Notes: generated by a model from the sequence alone, not told the origin. Positions 47,811 through 58,251 are shown, counted from the stretch's first letter. The stretch is 64,000 nt of DNA from Acidimicrobiia bacterium (GCA_041567895.1 JBFGAX010000002.1:26152-90151), one strand, 5' to 3'. Translations and numbers: made by a program.

Positions 47811-48155
47811 CGTCCAGCCGACCTCCCGTGGGTCTTCGTTGGTGGCGCTGCGGGGGCGTGGTCGCGTTACGGCGTCGCGGTGGCGGTGCGCGAGTTCTCT
47901 GCAGCAGATCCGATGTGGGCGACCCTCATCGTGAACGTGGTTGGGACGCTCGCTCTGGCAATGCTTCTGGTTCGCAAACCCGGTCGCAGGGCTCGACTGG
48001 CAGCCGGAACCGGGTTCCTCGGCTCATTCACGACCTTTTCGGCCTTCGCAGTCGACGCGATCGAAGCCGGGTTTGGTCGAGGTGTCCTGTACGTGGTCCT
48101 GAGTCTGGGGCTCGGATGGATAGCCGTTCAACTCGGTAGTCGGCAGCGAGCATGA
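47808..48155 (+). CDS. crcB: Fluoride ion channel CrcB/Fluc, subunit 1
   Basis: GGAAGAWSRYGV...GFLGSFTTFSAF signature. Start ambiguous: TTG 47808 after the hairpin or TTG 47766 before it. Confidence 0.65.
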   Translation: MRPADLPWVFVGGAAGAWSRYGVAVAVREFSAADPMWATLIVNVVGTLALAMLLVRKPGRRARLAAGTGFLGSFTTFSAFAVDAIEAGFGRGVLYVVLSLGLGWIAVQLGSRQRA

Positions 48156-48445
48156 TCTTCGCTGTCGCTGCGGGTCTCGGAGCCGTATCCCGATTCGTTC
48201 TCCGATCTGTCGTGAATTCGCCGACCGGCACAATGCTCGCAAATGTCATTGGCGCAGCAATGCTGGGATGGCTCGTAGCAGGCCCCTGGACCGATCATGA
48301 GCTGTGGGTGGTTGGAACGGGATTCCTGGGTTCCTTCACCACGTTCTCCACCTGGATGTGGGAGTCGAAGGAGAATCCGGCCCCCATTTTCGTGACACTG
48401 GTAGCCGGTCTCATCGGCGCCTGGATCGGCTCGCTGGCTGCTTAG
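48152..48445 (+). CDS. crcB: Fluoride ion channel CrcB/Fluc, subunit 2
   Basis: Second CrcB paralog (GFLGSFTTFSTW), start overlapping the crcB1 stop; consistent with a heterodimeric Fluc. Confidence 0.75.
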   Translation: MIFAVAAGLGAVSRFVLRSVVNSPTGTMLANVIGAAMLGWLVAGPWTDHELWVVGTGFLGSFTTFSTWMWESKENPAPIFVTLVAGLIGAWIGSLAA

Positions 48446-49227
48446 GGTCGCCTGGTTCCACGGGTATTGATGAGATCAACCAGCACATCAGGGCGGTCCG
48501 TGATGATTCCGTGTACGCCGGTATCCAGGAAAGCGGACATGGTGGCGGGATCATTCACGGTCCAAACGTGAACCTGGCGATCGATCGACTCGGCCGCCTC
48601 TACGAGGGAGCGATCGGCAATATTGCGAAACAGAAACTCCTCGGGGAATTGCAGTGCTCGAGCCCTGGTTTTCAGTGGCCTGCCTCGCCGTGATGCCGCG
48701 AATATCGCAAGACTTTCGGCAGGCCCGGCGGAAGTCGCAATCCGGTTGTCGCTCGCTCTTCGGAATGCTCGCAGACGGCGATCGGAGAAGCTGCCAACGA
48801 TCACTCGACCTTCCCACCCGTGTCGGTTGAGAAATCCGGCAAGTTCCTCCTCGAAGCCTGCTTCTTTGAGGTCGAGCACAAATCCGACATCTGGAAAAGC
48901 CTCCATCGCCTCTTCCAACGAGGGGATGGTCATACCCTGGCCTCGCTCGGGAAAACCCTGATGGGGAGCGAACCAGAACCCAGCGTCGCGTTCCTGGAGC
49001 TCCGCCCAGGTGTACCCGCGAACCGGGCCAATCCCGTCCGTGGTGCGATGGAGTGCATCGTCGTGAAAGCAGACGAGGACGCCATCGGAGGTTCGGTGCA
49101 CATCCGTTTCGATGAAACGAATTCCCAGGTCAATGGCTCCCTGGAACGCCGTCATCGTGTTTTCCGGCCACAGCAGTCTGCTACCGCGATGGGCGATAGC
49201 GAGGGGCAAAGCCGATTCCCAAAACAT
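48442..49227 (-). CDS. Glycerophosphodiester phosphodiesterase
   Basis: GDPD motifs AHRG...EN and ETDVHRTSDGVLVCFHDDAL. Confidence 0.8.
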   Translation of the reverse strand: MFWESALPLAIAHRGSRLLWPENTMTAFQGAIDLGIRFIETDVHRTSDGVLVCFHDDALHRTTDGIGPVRGYTWAELQERDAGFWFAPHQGFPERGQGMTIPSLEEAMEAFPDVGFVLDLKEAGFEEELAGFLNRHGWEGRVIVGSFSDRRLRAFRRASDNRIATSAGPAESLAIFAASRRGRPLKTRARALQFPEEFLFRNIADRSLVEAAESIDRQVHVWTVNDPATMSAFLDTGVHGIITDRPDVLVDLINTRGTRRP

Positions 49228-49268
49228 GATGCGAGCATAAAGGATGACCCCCTCTAACCTCACCCGAT

Positions 49269-49610
49269 ATGATCGCCTGGCTCGCCACCATCCTCGCGTT
49301 TCTTCAAGCCCGGCTAGAAGAATTGCCAAGCGATCTGCTCGACCGGCTTCCCTCCGATACCGTCGAAAAGATCAAGCAGGGCGCATTGGAGAGGCTGCCT
49401 TCCGATGTGGTCGACGCCTTGCCTGACGAGGTCGCGGCCCAGATTCCGGATTCGCTGGTCGAGGCAGCGCAGCGCAATCAGCTGCTGGCCGTGCTCGCCG
49501 TTCTCGCCGCGATCGGTTTCGTCTGGGGCCTGTTCAAACGGCTTGTCAAACTCGCGATCGGTCTGGCCGTACTTGCTGTCGTGCTCTGGTTTCTCTACCT
49601 GCGGTCCTGA
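49269..49610 (+). CDS. Hypothetical membrane protein with LPSD repeats
   Basis: Four LPSDxxDxLP-like repeats followed by two TM helices. Confidence 0.4.
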   Translation: MIAWLATILAFLQARLEELPSDLLDRLPSDTVEKIKQGALERLPSDVVDALPDEVAAQIPDSLVEAAQRNQLLAVLAVLAAIGFVWGLFKRLVKLAIGLAVLAVVLWFLYLRS

Positions 49611-49615
49611 ACCGG

Positions 49616-50225
49616 CTAGAGCCTCGGTTTGAACGACGGACGGGATGCCTCGAAAGCGGCAACTTCTTCGCCGTGAGCGAGTGTCAGGGCAATATCATCG
49701 AGTCCGTTCTGCAGGCAGTGTTTCACGAACGGGTCGATGGTGAAGTGGGCGTTGAAGCCATCGGCAGTCACCGTTTGTTCTTCGAGATCAATCGTGACAA
49801 TCGTGCTGTGGTCGGCCGTCGCCATTTCACCGAGTTCTGCAACCTCATCCGGGCTGAGCTCAATGGGGAGAAGGGCGTTCTTGTAGCAATTGTTGCGGAA
49901 GATATCGGCGAAACTCGGCGCGATGACAGCTTCAAATCCCCGGTCGCTGATGGCCCAGGGAGCGTGTTCGCGGCTCGAGCCCGAACCGAAGTTCTCGCCA
50001 GTGACCAGGACGTTCGCTCTTTGATAATCAGGGTGGTTCAATATGAAATCGGGTTTGGCTTCTCCTTCATCGTCGTAGGCCCACTCGTGGAACAGATACG
50101 GGCCGAACCCGCTTCGTTCGACTCGTTTCAGAAAGTTTTTGGGGATGATCTGGTCGGTATCGAGGTTGTTGACCAGGAGCGGAACCATGGTCCCCGTGAT
50201 CGTTGATACCGACTTCATGCCCATT
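49616..50225 (-). CDS. leuD: 3-isopropylmalate dehydratase small subunit
   Basis: LeuD pattern ([14 protein letters not shown]...[16 protein letters not shown]); start overlaps the leuC stop. Confidence 0.85.
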
Positions 50226-51618
50226 CCCGAATATCGACGAAATGTCCCTCGACGGCGGCTGCCATCGCCATCGCCGGACTGACCAGGTGAGTTCGTCCAC
50301 CCCGACCCTGCCGGCCCTCGAAATTGCGGTTCGAGGTGGAGGCGCATCGCTCGCCGGGGTTCAAGATGTCGGGGTTCATTCCGAGACACATGGAACAACC
50401 GGCGTCTCGCCACTCGAATCCGGCATTCTTGAATATGACATCGAGGCCCTCTGCTTCTGCCTGGAGTTTCACGAGGCCTGACCCCGGCACCACCATCGCC
50501 GAAACGCTCGGATGGACGGTCTTTCCCTCGAGGACGGCAGCGGCCGCCCTGAGATCTTCGATCCGGCCGTTTGTGCACGAGCCGAGGAACACCCTATCTA
50601 TCGAAATGTCGCGGACGGGTACCCCTGCGGGCAAGTTCATATATTCGAGTGCCCTGGCAACAGACGCCCTTTCCACCGGATCGCTGTAATCGTTCGGTGA
50701 GGGAACCGTCCCTGTCACCGGCACCGACTGGCCGGGATTGGTGCCCCAGGTCACGAAGGGAACGATATCGTTGCCGTTCAGCTGGATCTCGCTGTCGAAT
50801 GCGGCGCCCTCGTCGGTATGGAGCGAACGCCAGTAGCTCAATGCTTCTTCCCAATCCGAACCGGTCGGGGCGTGGTTGCGTCCTTTGAGGTATGCGAATG
50901 TGGTTTCGTCCGGGGCGATGAGCCCCGCCCGGGCCCCGCCTTCGATTGACATGTTGCAGACCGTCATTCGACCTTCCATCGAGAGTGATTCGATGACCTC
51001 CCCGCGATACTCGATGACGTAGCCCGTACCGCCTGCCACTCCGATCTCATGGATGATCGACAAAATCACGTCTTTGGCCGTCACTCCTGGCCCCAGCTGA
51101 CCGTCGACGGTAACCGCCATCGATCGTGGCTTGCGCTGTGTGAGTGTCTGAGTTGCGAGTACGTGCTCGACTTCCGATGTTCCGATACCAAACGCCAGCG
51201 CCCCGAACGCTCCGTGTGTTGCGGTGTGGCTGTCGCCACACACAATGGTCATGCCAGGTTGCGTGATCCCCTGCTCGGGACCGATGATGTGCACTATGCC
51301 CTGGCGGGGATCATCGAGTCCATAGAGCGTGATTCCGAACTCCTCGCAATTGGCGATCAGGGTTTCGATCTGCTGGCGAGAAAGGGGGTCGGTGATGCCG
51401 AGTTCGCGATTGGCAGTCGGCACACCATGGTCGATGGTCGCGAGCGTGAGATCGGGCCTGCGTACGCGCCGATCTTCGGCCCGCAAGCCCTCAAAGGCCT
51501 GCGGCGAGGTCACTTCATGGACCAGGTGCATGTCCACGAACAGCAGTGCCGGCTGGCCGGGAGGCTGATGGACGACGTGATCGTCCCAGATCTTTTCGAA
51601 CAGCGTACGGGGTTTCAT
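50215..51618 (-). CDS. leuC: 3-isopropylmalate dehydratase large subunit
   Basis: Aconitase-family Fe-S cysteine ligands (CGDSHT, GSCTNGR, CSMCLG) and LeuC N-terminus [14 protein letters not shown]. Confidence 0.9.
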   Translation of the reverse strand: MKPRTLFEKIWDDHVVHQPPGQPALLFVDMHLVHEVTSPQAFEGLRAEDRRVRRPDLTLATIDHGVPTANRELGITDPLSRQQIETLIANCEEFGITLYGLDDPRQGIVHIIGPEQGITQPGMTIVCGDSHTATHGAFGALAFGIGTSEVEHVLATQTLTQRKPRSMAVTVDGQLGPGVTAKDVILSIIHEIGVAGGTGYVIEYRGEVIESLSMEGRMTVCNMSIEGGARAGLIAPDETTFAYLKGRNHAPTGSDWEEALSYWRSLHTDEGAAFDSEIQLNGNDIVPFVTWGTNPGQSVPVTGTVPSPNDYSDPVERASVARALEYMNLPAGVPVRDISIDRVFLGSCTNGRIEDLRAAAAVLEGKTVHPSVSAMVVPGSGLVKLQAEAEGLDVIFKNAGFEWRDAGCSMCLGMNPDILNPGERCASTSNRNFEGRQGRGGRTHLVSPAMAMAAAVEGHFVDIREWA

Positions 51619-51643
51619 TGCGGATTACACCGTAGCGGTACGT

Positions 51644-52189
51644 TTGCTGAACCGGAAGGCGCAGCGGATCTCGCTCGACGGTACCATCCGGTCGATGGCT
51701 CTCGTTCTCCTCGCACTGTCCATCTCGCTTGGCAGCGCTTTTCCTGCGGTCTCCGCCGATGCGACTCTTGAAGGATCACAGCTGTCAATCGAGTTGACGG
51801 TAACCCTCGGCGAGGCGCTGACGGCTACCACCGTTGTCGCCCACATCGGGAGCGCGAGTAATCAGTCGACATTCCAGCTCGGACCCGAAGGAGACAACGT
51901 CTATTCGGGCAAACTATCGAGCGCCGCCAGAAACCAGTTTGTGATCATCGAGGCGATCCTCCAGGACGGATCGGTCGTCTTCTCGCGAGCCGCCACGCTT
52001 GCCGAACTCGGCGTTGACGAGACGCTCCTTGGTACGGCCGCTGCTACGAGCGACGCGACCGATGATGGATCCCCGCCAGAAACGGACAGGTCCGGCCTGC
52101 TGGTCCCCGCACTGCTCGTGCTGGCTGCATCGATCGCGATCGTCATGACCGTGCGGGTGTTCCGACGTGGAGTACAGTCTTCGGAATGA
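51644..52189 (+). CDS. Hypothetical secreted, C-terminally anchored protein
   Basis: Signal-like N-terminus (MALVLLALSISLGSAFPAVSA) and C-terminal TM; start uncertain. Confidence 0.4.
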   Translation: MLNRKAQRISLDGTIRSMALVLLALSISLGSAFPAVSADATLEGSQLSIELTVTLGEALTATTVVAHIGSASNQSTFQLGPEGDNVYSGKLSSAARNQFVIIEAILQDGSVVFSRAATLAELGVDETLLGTAAATSDATDDGSPPETDRSGLLVPALLVLAASIAIVMTVRVFRRGVQSSE

Positions 52190-52797
52190 ACGCGCAGGGT
52201 TGGGACGATCGATATCGTGATTCCGAATTCGTATGGTCGATGGGCCCAAATGCCACTGTTCAGAAGTACCTGCACGGGTTGGCTCCCGGCTCCGCGCTCG
52301 ATCTGGGAGCGGGGGAGTGCCGGAACGCGGTATGGCTCGCCTCGCAGGGCTGGAACGTCACCGCGGTTGATTTCTCGAGGATCGGCCTCGACAAGGGCCG
52401 CAAGTTGGCGGCGAACAAGGGCGTGGACGTCACGTTCGTGCTTGCCGACGTGGAGACATTCGATATGGGTACCCGGGCCTGGGATCTCGTATTGGTCTCG
52501 TACCTCCAAATCCCGAACCCGCAACGGCTCGATGTGTTGGAGAGGGCGGCCGAAGCGGTGGCACCGGACGGTCTCTTGATGGTCATCGCCCATGACCGGT
52601 CGAACGTCTCTGATGGGTGGGGCGGGCCTCCTGATGAGGAGGTCTGCTACACCGTAGAGGAGACGGTTTCGGTCCTGCGAGGCTTCGACGTGCAGATCGC
52701 AGGCATCATCGAACGAGAAGTCGATACCGAATCCGGACCTCGCGTCGCTCTCGACACCCTCGTGGTTGCCCACCGGGCCACGACCGGGATCAGCTGA
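52186..52797 (+). CDS. Class I SAM-dependent methyltransferase
   Basis: Motif I ALDLGAGECRNAVWLA and post-I acidic residue; TehB-like size. Confidence 0.75.
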   Translation: MNAQGWDDRYRDSEFVWSMGPNATVQKYLHGLAPGSALDLGAGECRNAVWLASQGWNVTAVDFSRIGLDKGRKLAANKGVDVTFVLADVETFDMGTRAWDLVLVSYLQIPNPQRLDVLERAAEAVAPDGLLMVIAHDRSNVSDGWGGPPDEEVCYTVEETVSVLRGFDVQIAGIIEREVDTESGPRVALDTLVVAHRATTGIS

Positions 52798-53584
52798 GTC
52801 GTTTCCGGCTTCTCAGCACGATGGCGAGGCCGATAAGGGCCGCCGAACCCAGCACAGCGGCGGTGGACACCAACGGCGATGGCCTGTTCACATCCCCCAG
52901 CCTGGTACGCATGTTGACAGGCAGCTTGAACTCCTTGATGGGCCAGCCTTCGGCTTCGGCCTTGGCCCGCAGATCTCTGTCCGGATTCACCGCAACCGGG
53001 TTGCCCACCGCCTCCATCATCGGGACGTCGGTAAAAGAGTCTGAATAGGCGAAGCTACGCGAGAGGTCGATGTCTCCTTCTACGGCCAGCTTGTGAATAG
53101 CGTCAGCCTTGGTTGGGCCATATGCGTAGAAATCGATACCACCGCTGTAGAGACCGTCACGGTCGATTGCCAGTTCGGTGGCGATGACATCGGTCACGCC
53201 CAGGTAGCGCCCGAGCGGACGAACGATCTCGATCGGGCTGCTCGAGACGATCACCACTCTGTCACCCTCGCGGTGGTGTTCGTCGATGAGAAACAGTGCC
53301 TCGGCATATACCAGAGGTTCCACCACTTCGTCGAGTGTCTCGCTCACAATGCGCTCGACCGTGTCACGGTCCCACCCTTTGACAAGCGTGGTCAACGACT
53401 CCCGGATTCGTTCCATCTGGTCATGGCTCGCGCCGAACAAGACATAAAAGGTCTGGGCCACCCCCAGCTTGAGAAGGGTCGAGAGATTGAGGAATCCGGC
53501 CTGGTATAGCTGCCTGCGGTAAGCGAGGGTGGACGATTTGGCGATGATGGTTTTGTCGAGATCGAAGAAGGCTGCGGCTTGCAT
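52790..53584 (-). CDS. HAD-IB family hydrolase
   Basis: AAFFDLDKTII motif I, HAD-IB cap, C-terminal TM; RBS GGAGGG before ATG (complement 53582-53584). Confidence 0.75.
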   Translation of the reverse strand: MQAAAFFDLDKTIIAKSSTLAYRRQLYQAGFLNLSTLLKLGVAQTFYVLFGASHDQMERIRESLTTLVKGWDRDTVERIVSETLDEVVEPLVYAEALFLIDEHHREGDRVVIVSSSPIEIVRPLGRYLGVTDVIATELAIDRDGLYSGGIDFYAYGPTKADAIHKLAVEGDIDLSRSFAYSDSFTDVPMMEAVGNPVAVNPDRDLRAKAEAEGWPIKEFKLPVNMRTRLGDVNRPSPLVSTAAVLGSAALIGLAIVLRSRKRLS

Positions 53585-53687
53585 CCCTCCAAGGTAGCCC
53601 TTTGGCGTCTGTTCGGGTGTCCCAATATTTCGCAGCGTACGTCTTGATCTCTCCCGGGCGAACTGGCACCTTGACCCGAGACCGGAG

Positions 53688-54239
53688 GTGCAGATGCAGG
53701 TAGTAGCCACCTGGGCTCCGGAGGACGGAATATTGGGCGCTCTTGCGCCGCTTGGTTTGGCGAACGCCCGCCCGACCTGTCTCGTCGTCGATCTCGATCC
53801 TGCCGGCCCCCAATACCCGGGAGAACTCAGTCTCGCCGACCTCGTCGAACGAGGTCCGACGAAAGCCGAGTTGTCGCCCGTTCGCTCCGGGGTGTGTGTG
53901 ATGAAGAACGGCGGTGCCGGCGTAGTCGAGAGCATCGAAGTGATTCATGCCATGTCGTTGTCGTGGCCACACGTCGTTGTGCGATTGCCTGCCGCAGGCC
54001 TGGACGTTCCGTGGCAATCGGTCAAGGTGCGTCCATTGTTGCCCGGCAATCTGTTCGGCCGCCTGGAACAGCACACGGTCTATCAGCGCAGCTACTGGCC
54101 GGTTCCGGCTCCCGATCGAAGCATTGTCCTTCCGGTTCCCAGACCGGCGGTGGTGGCGGCGCTCCTCGCGGGCAACAGGGTCAGGCGTTCGCCGTGGGTC
54201 AAGGCCTGGGGACCGGTTTGGGATGACTCATGGGGGTAG
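53688..54239 (+). CDS. CpaE-like degenerate ParA-family protein (helicase/secretion neighbourhood type), short
   Basis: ParA/MinD-like fold signature without intact Walker A; position immediately upstream of tadA. Confidence 0.4.
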   Translation: MQMQVVATWAPEDGILGALAPLGLANARPTCLVVDLDPAGPQYPGELSLADLVERGPTKAELSPVRSGVCVMKNGGAGVVESIEVIHAMSLSWPHVVVRLPAAGLDVPWQSVKVRPLLPGNLFGRLEQHTVYQRSYWPVPAPDRSIVLPVPRPAVVAALLAGNRVRRSPWVKAWGPVWDDSWG

Positions 54240-55291
54240 TCGAGCGCTTGAGTCGCGAGCTCTTGAGTCGAGACGTCGCGCTCGATCGCGAATCGCTGCG
54301 TGGGGAGCTCGAGTCGCTCATCCCCGAGCATGCACCTCTCGCAAGACCGGCCGACATGGAAGCCGTGCTAGATGGTCTGGTGGGCCTTGGGCCGGTAGAA
54401 CACTTCCTCGCCGACACCGGGGTCACCGACATCCTGGTGAACAGATACGACGATGTTTGGGTGGAACGTGCGGGGCATCTCGAGCACACGCCGGTCAGAT
54501 TCTCGAGCCCCGATGCCGTGCTGGCGGCGATCGAACGCGTCCTAGCGCCGTCCGGCCTTCGCCTGGACCGCGCGTCACCCTCTGTGGATGCCCGCCTGGC
54601 GGACGGCTCACGTCTCCACGCGACGCTGCCACCGATCTCCGTTGACGGACCGGCTTTTGCCCTCCGTCGCTTTGTCCCGAAGGCTCGAACGCTCAGCGAG
54701 CTCGAGGCGGGCGGTTCTCTCGATCGTCAGGCTTCCGGATATCTCGCAGACGCGGTTCGGAACCGCCGGAACATCGTCGTGACGGGCGGCACCGGATCCG
54801 GAAAAACCACCCTCCTCAATGTGTTGTCAGGTGAGATTCCCTCGTCCCAGCGGACGATCACCGTGGAAGACTCCGCAGAGCTTTCGCTGCAAGGTCACAC
54901 GCTGCGACTGGAGTCGAGGCCTGCCAATGCTGAAGGAGCGGGCCAGGTGACGGTGCAGCAGTTGGTACGAAACGCGCTCCGGCTGAGGCCGGATCGAATC
55001 ATCGTCGGTGAGGTTCGGGGTCCGGAGGCTCTCGACATGATCTCGGCGATGAATACGGGACACGACGGATCGATGAGCACGGTGCATGCCAACGGACCTG
55101 ACGAAGCGCTGTGGCGGATCGAGACGCTCGCACTTTCGGGTGAGCGAAGAGTGTCCGAGCTCGCTGTGCACCGTCAACTTCGATCTGCGATCCACGTGTT
55201 GGTCCACACCGCGCGCGTCACGGGTGGACGACAGGTTGCGAGCATCCACGAAGTCGATCGGCATGGCCTGCGGGAGGTGTGGCGGTGCTGA
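54230..55291 (+). CDS. tadA: Tad/Flp pilus assembly ATPase (CpaF/TadA, type II/IV secretion NTPase)
   Basis: Walker A GGTGSGKTT, Asp box, Walker B IIVGEVRG, His box (GHDGSMSTVHAN). Confidence 0.85.
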   Translation: MGVVERLSRELLSRDVALDRESLRGELESLIPEHAPLARPADMEAVLDGLVGLGPVEHFLADTGVTDILVNRYDDVWVERAGHLEHTPVRFSSPDAVLAAIERVLAPSGLRLDRASPSVDARLADGSRLHATLPPISVDGPAFALRRFVPKARTLSELEAGGSLDRQASGYLADAVRNRRNIVVTGGTGSGKTTLLNVLSGEIPSSQRTITVEDSAELSLQGHTLRLESRPANAEGAGQVTVQQLVRNALRLRPDRIIVGEVRGPEALDMISAMNTGHDGSMSTVHANGPDEALWRIETLALSGERRVSELAVHRQLRSAIHVLVHTARVTGGRQVASIHEVDRHGLREVWRC

Positions 55292-55941
55292 TCGTCGCTG
55301 GAGTGCTGGTGGCCGAGCGTGTTCCGTGGATGCTGGTGTTGGCTGCTTTCGGGATAGCTCTTCATCCGTTGATAGCGCTTCTCATCATCGTGTTCTACGT
55401 CGTTTGGCATTGGACACGGCGAGACCCCAAACCATCTCCTGCAATGGAGGCTGCGTTCTATCAGCGACTCCTGAGCGAACTGGAGTCAGGTTCGAGCGTA
55501 AGAAGCGGTCTTGCAGCTGCGATCGCAGCGGAGCATGATCTCGACCTGGCGGATGTGGCCAGACGACTGCATGCAGGCTCACATCTGGAATATGCCCTAG
55601 AGCCGCTCGAGCACCGGCTGCCCCATACGGGCATGCTGGCGAGAGCGGCTTTGCTACTCGGGTCCGAAACCGGGGGCGAGATCCGTTCCTCGATTGCGGA
55701 CCTGGGAGCCATGGCCAGAGACTTGATCGAGGTTGAGAGGCAAGTTGGTGTCCACACGGCGCAGGCGCGCCTCTCTGCTCTGGTGGTGGGTGTTTTGCCA
55801 TTGGTTGCAGCCATCGGTCTGATGGCAGCACGGGGTGGGCTTCCCGACCCTGGTATCGGCCGAGCGCTGGTTGTGGCGGGACTCGGTTTTCAAATCGCCG
55901 GTCTCGGATTCGTTGCGCTCATCTTGCGAGGATCGGCATGA
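55279..55941 (+). CDS. tadB: Tad pilus assembly membrane protein TadB-like (T2SS-F family)
   Basis: GTG start with GGGAGG RBS; TM-cytoplasmic-TM topology typical of TadB. Confidence 0.6.
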   Translation: MAVLIVAGVLVAERVPWMLVLAAFGIALHPLIALLIIVFYVVWHWTRRDPKPSPAMEAAFYQRLLSELESGSSVRSGLAAAIAAEHDLDLADVARRLHAGSHLEYALEPLEHRLPHTGMLARAALLLGSETGGEIRSSIADLGAMARDLIEVERQVGVHTAQARLSALVVGVLPLVAAIGLMAARGGLPDPGIGRALVVAGLGFQIAGLGFVALILRGSA

Positions 55942-56555
55942 TGGCGATCGGCGCCGCGACGTTTTCCGCGCTGGTGGTTTCGAGGTATGTGTCGGGGAGG
56001 GCACTCGAGGTCTTCGTTCTGGTCTCTGCGGCCTTGTGGTGGCCCCACTTGACGATTCCCGTTGTCACGAGCATGGAGGTGCTCCGCAGGGCCAGGGGGC
56101 TCCGGCAAACCCGGCAGGGGACCATTGCCGCCGACCGGGAGCTCCTGCTGCTGAGCCAATCGGTTGGCATTGGATTGCGGGCGGGCCTTGCTCCGATACC
56201 CGCCCTGCATCGGGCGGCAGATTTGCTCACGTCAGATCTCGGTGCGGAGGTCCAGCGAGTTCTCCGGCACGGGGCTCTGGTCGGTGCAGGCCCGGCGCTT
56301 TCGGCAGGCGCGGGACGCGCCGGCGTCCTCTTCAGGATGATCGGACGCGCGGTTCAGACCGGCTCTCCACTCGCTGCGGCGGTGGACGCGACGACGGCCG
56401 AGATCGTGCGAGATCGACTCGCGACGAGATTGACAACGGTCCGCAAGCTGCCCGTGAGGCTGATGATCCCCCTCACGCTTTGCATACTCCCCGGTTTCGT
56501 GTTGATGACCCTGGGACCGGTCATTGATCAAGCAGTAAAGCAGTTCTCGCTCTGA
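55938..56555 (+). CDS. tadC: Tad pilus assembly membrane protein TadC-like
   Basis: Similar topology to tadB; start overlaps the tadB stop. Confidence 0.55.
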   Translation: MMAIGAATFSALVVSRYVSGRALEVFVLVSAALWWPHLTIPVVTSMEVLRRARGLRQTRQGTIAADRELLLLSQSVGIGLRAGLAPIPALHRAADLLTSDLGAEVQRVLRHGALVGAGPALSAGAGRAGVLFRMIGRAVQTGSPLAAAVDATTAEIVRDRLATRLTTVRKLPVRLMIPLTLCILPGFVLMTLGPVIDQAVKQFSL

Positions 56556-56569
56556 AGAAAGGAAAACGC

Positions 56570-56764
56570 ATGCACCAACGTACGCACGTAAACATGGCGG
56601 TCGACCACCCGGACACCGGACAGGCAACGGCCGAGTATGCCCTGGTGATTCTGGCCGCAGCGCTCATCGCGGTGGCTTTGATGACATGGGCGACCGGAGG
56701 GGGCGGCATTACGACATTGTTCCAAGCGGTGCTCGACAGAGTCATCGGCCTGGTGGGGGGGTGA
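56570..56764 (+). CDS. flp: Flp-family pilin / DUF4244-type pilin-like protein
   Basis: 64 aa; G-QATAEY prepilin-peptidase-like motif followed by a hydrophobic helix; RBS AAGGAAAA. Confidence 0.55.
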   Translation: MHQRTHVNMAVDHPDTGQATAEYALVILAAALIAVALMTWATGGGGITTLFQAVLDRVIGLVGG

Positions 56765-57126
56765 TGACCGATCGAGGTTCGGTAGTTGTTGAAGCCGCGA
56801 TCATCATCCCACTCTTGCTCCTCGTCTTCCTTGCCGGCGTCGAGCTGTTCGGTGTCGCCCGAACGCAGGTGGAAGTGACAGCCGCGGCTCGGGAGGGAGC
56901 CCGGCAGGCCGCAACCAGCCCCGACCCGGCGAGAGCCGTACAGTCGGTTCGAGCCGCGCTGGGACCGGCTACGAGATCGGATGCTGCCGTCAGCGTGCGC
57001 AGGCCGACAGTTGTGGGTGCCATCGCAACCGTGTCGGTCCGTGTCGAATATCGATTCGTCTCGTTTCTCTGGGGCGGTGTGCGCATTCCGCTACGTGGGT
57101 CGGCCTCCATGCGGACCGAGCGATGA
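56765..57126 (+). CDS. TadE-like pilus assembly protein
   Basis: N-terminal VVEAAIIIPLLLLV TadE/TadG signature; ATG immediately follows the flp stop. Confidence 0.6.
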
Positions 57127-57584
57127 CTGCAGACGACCACGGGGTGGCGGGCATCGTTGCCCTCATGCTGGTCGCGGCAGCAGCGGTGTCCGGGCTTGCT
57201 TTCTTCACCGGTAGTCAGCTCATCGTTGCCCGTGTCGAGGCCGCAAACGCGGCGGATGCTGCTGCTCTGGCAGCAGCTCCCGTCACCTTCCGCGCGTTTG
57301 GCGCCCGCGGCTCCCCTCGTGCGGAAGCCGCTCGCCTTGCCGAGGCAAACGGAGCACGGCTGAAGCGTTGTTTTTGCACCGTCGATCACAGCATGCGAAG
57401 GAGGATCGTCGAAGTCGAAGTGGTCGTTGCTCGGAACTTATGGCTGCTTGGCACAGTGTCGGTACATGGAAGTAGCAGGGCTGAATTTGATCCGTCCCTC
57501 CTCTTGGAACCGGGCACGAATCCCCCGAAATCTGACGCAAACCCTCTCATGTTTTTCGGGCAAATACCGATGGATTCGTTATGA
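57123..57584 (+). CDS. TadE-like pilus assembly protein (Rv3655c-like)
   Basis: N-terminal hydrophobic TadE-like segment; overlaps the preceding gene by 4 nt. Confidence 0.5.
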   Translation: MTADDHGVAGIVALMLVAAAAVSGLAFFTGSQLIVARVEAANAADAAALAAAPVTFRAFGARGSPRAEAARLAEANGARLKRCFCTVDHSMRRRIVEVEVVVARNLWLLGTVSVHGSSRAEFDPSLLLEPGTNPPKSDANPLMFFGQIPMDSL

Positions 57585-57862
57585 CGCTGGCTCATAACAT
57601 CTTCTACCGGGCCTACACACTCGTTGAGTCTGCAGTCGATTATGAATCGGCGGTTGAGGACCTCATCACCCTCGCACGCGGCAATCGCCATACGCTCGAG
57701 GCAGCCCGGGAATTGATGGATGAACTCGCGGTTGTCGGCGATCCTGGAGAGCGGTTGGATGTGGCTGCCGTCGTCGGATTCGATGAAGGAGTAGCCGATT
57801 TCGAGGCTTACCAGCGCAGCGCCGTCCGAACGCTCTTGAACCGGGCCGTGGAAGCGGCCTAA
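57581..57862 (+). CDS. Hypothetical small protein, translationally coupled to the tad operon
   Basis: ATGA overlap with the preceding tadE-like gene; 93 aa; no recognisable homology. Confidence 0.35.
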   Translation: MTLAHNIFYRAYTLVESAVDYESAVEDLITLARGNRHTLEAARELMDELAVVGDPGERLDVAAVVGFDEGVADFEAYQRSAVRTLLNRAVEAA

Positions 57863-58251
57863 ACCGGTTCCTCTTTCAGGTGCATCGCCGTGACCGAGGT
57901 CACATGATGGTCGATCAAACCATCGGACAGTGTCATCATCTCTACCAGGTCCGCTGCCCCGAAAGACGTGTGGAGCACCGCCTCGAGCAACACGAGATCC
58001 TCGGCTTCCTCGGATTGTTCGGCAGAGAAGGTCACGACCTTCCCGAGGTTTTCCAGATACTCACGCCACCATGCTTCGACTGCTTGTCGTCCTCTGGCAA
58101 CCTGATCGATACGCATCATGACCGGCTCGGGACCATACAAACTCATGATCGTATCCAGATCGGCGAGAGCGACTGCGCGCAGGTATCGGTCAAGCACCCC
58201 GATATGGTGGTGGTCTCGTCGTCGAAATCGTGGGAAATCGACCCGGGACAT
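57859..58251 (-). CDS. NTF2-like (SnoaL/DUF4440-like) protein
   Basis: 130 aa; alpha+beta cone pattern with conserved W/Y residues (AVEAWWREYLENLG). Confidence 0.4.
   Translation of the reverse strand: MSRVDFPRFRRRDHHHIGVLDRYLRAVALADLDTIMSLYGPEPVMMRIDQVARGRQAVEAWWREYLENLGKVVTFSAEQSEEAEDLVLLEAVLHTSFGAADLVEMMTLSDGLIDHHVTSVTAMHLKEEPV

Noticed and set aside
47740-47830. Expected fluoride riboswitch upstream of crcB
   Set aside because: Checked for crcB-motif hallmarks (GGCGATGG, AACCGCC, TGATGATTCCT) and found none; only a simple GC hairpin is present.
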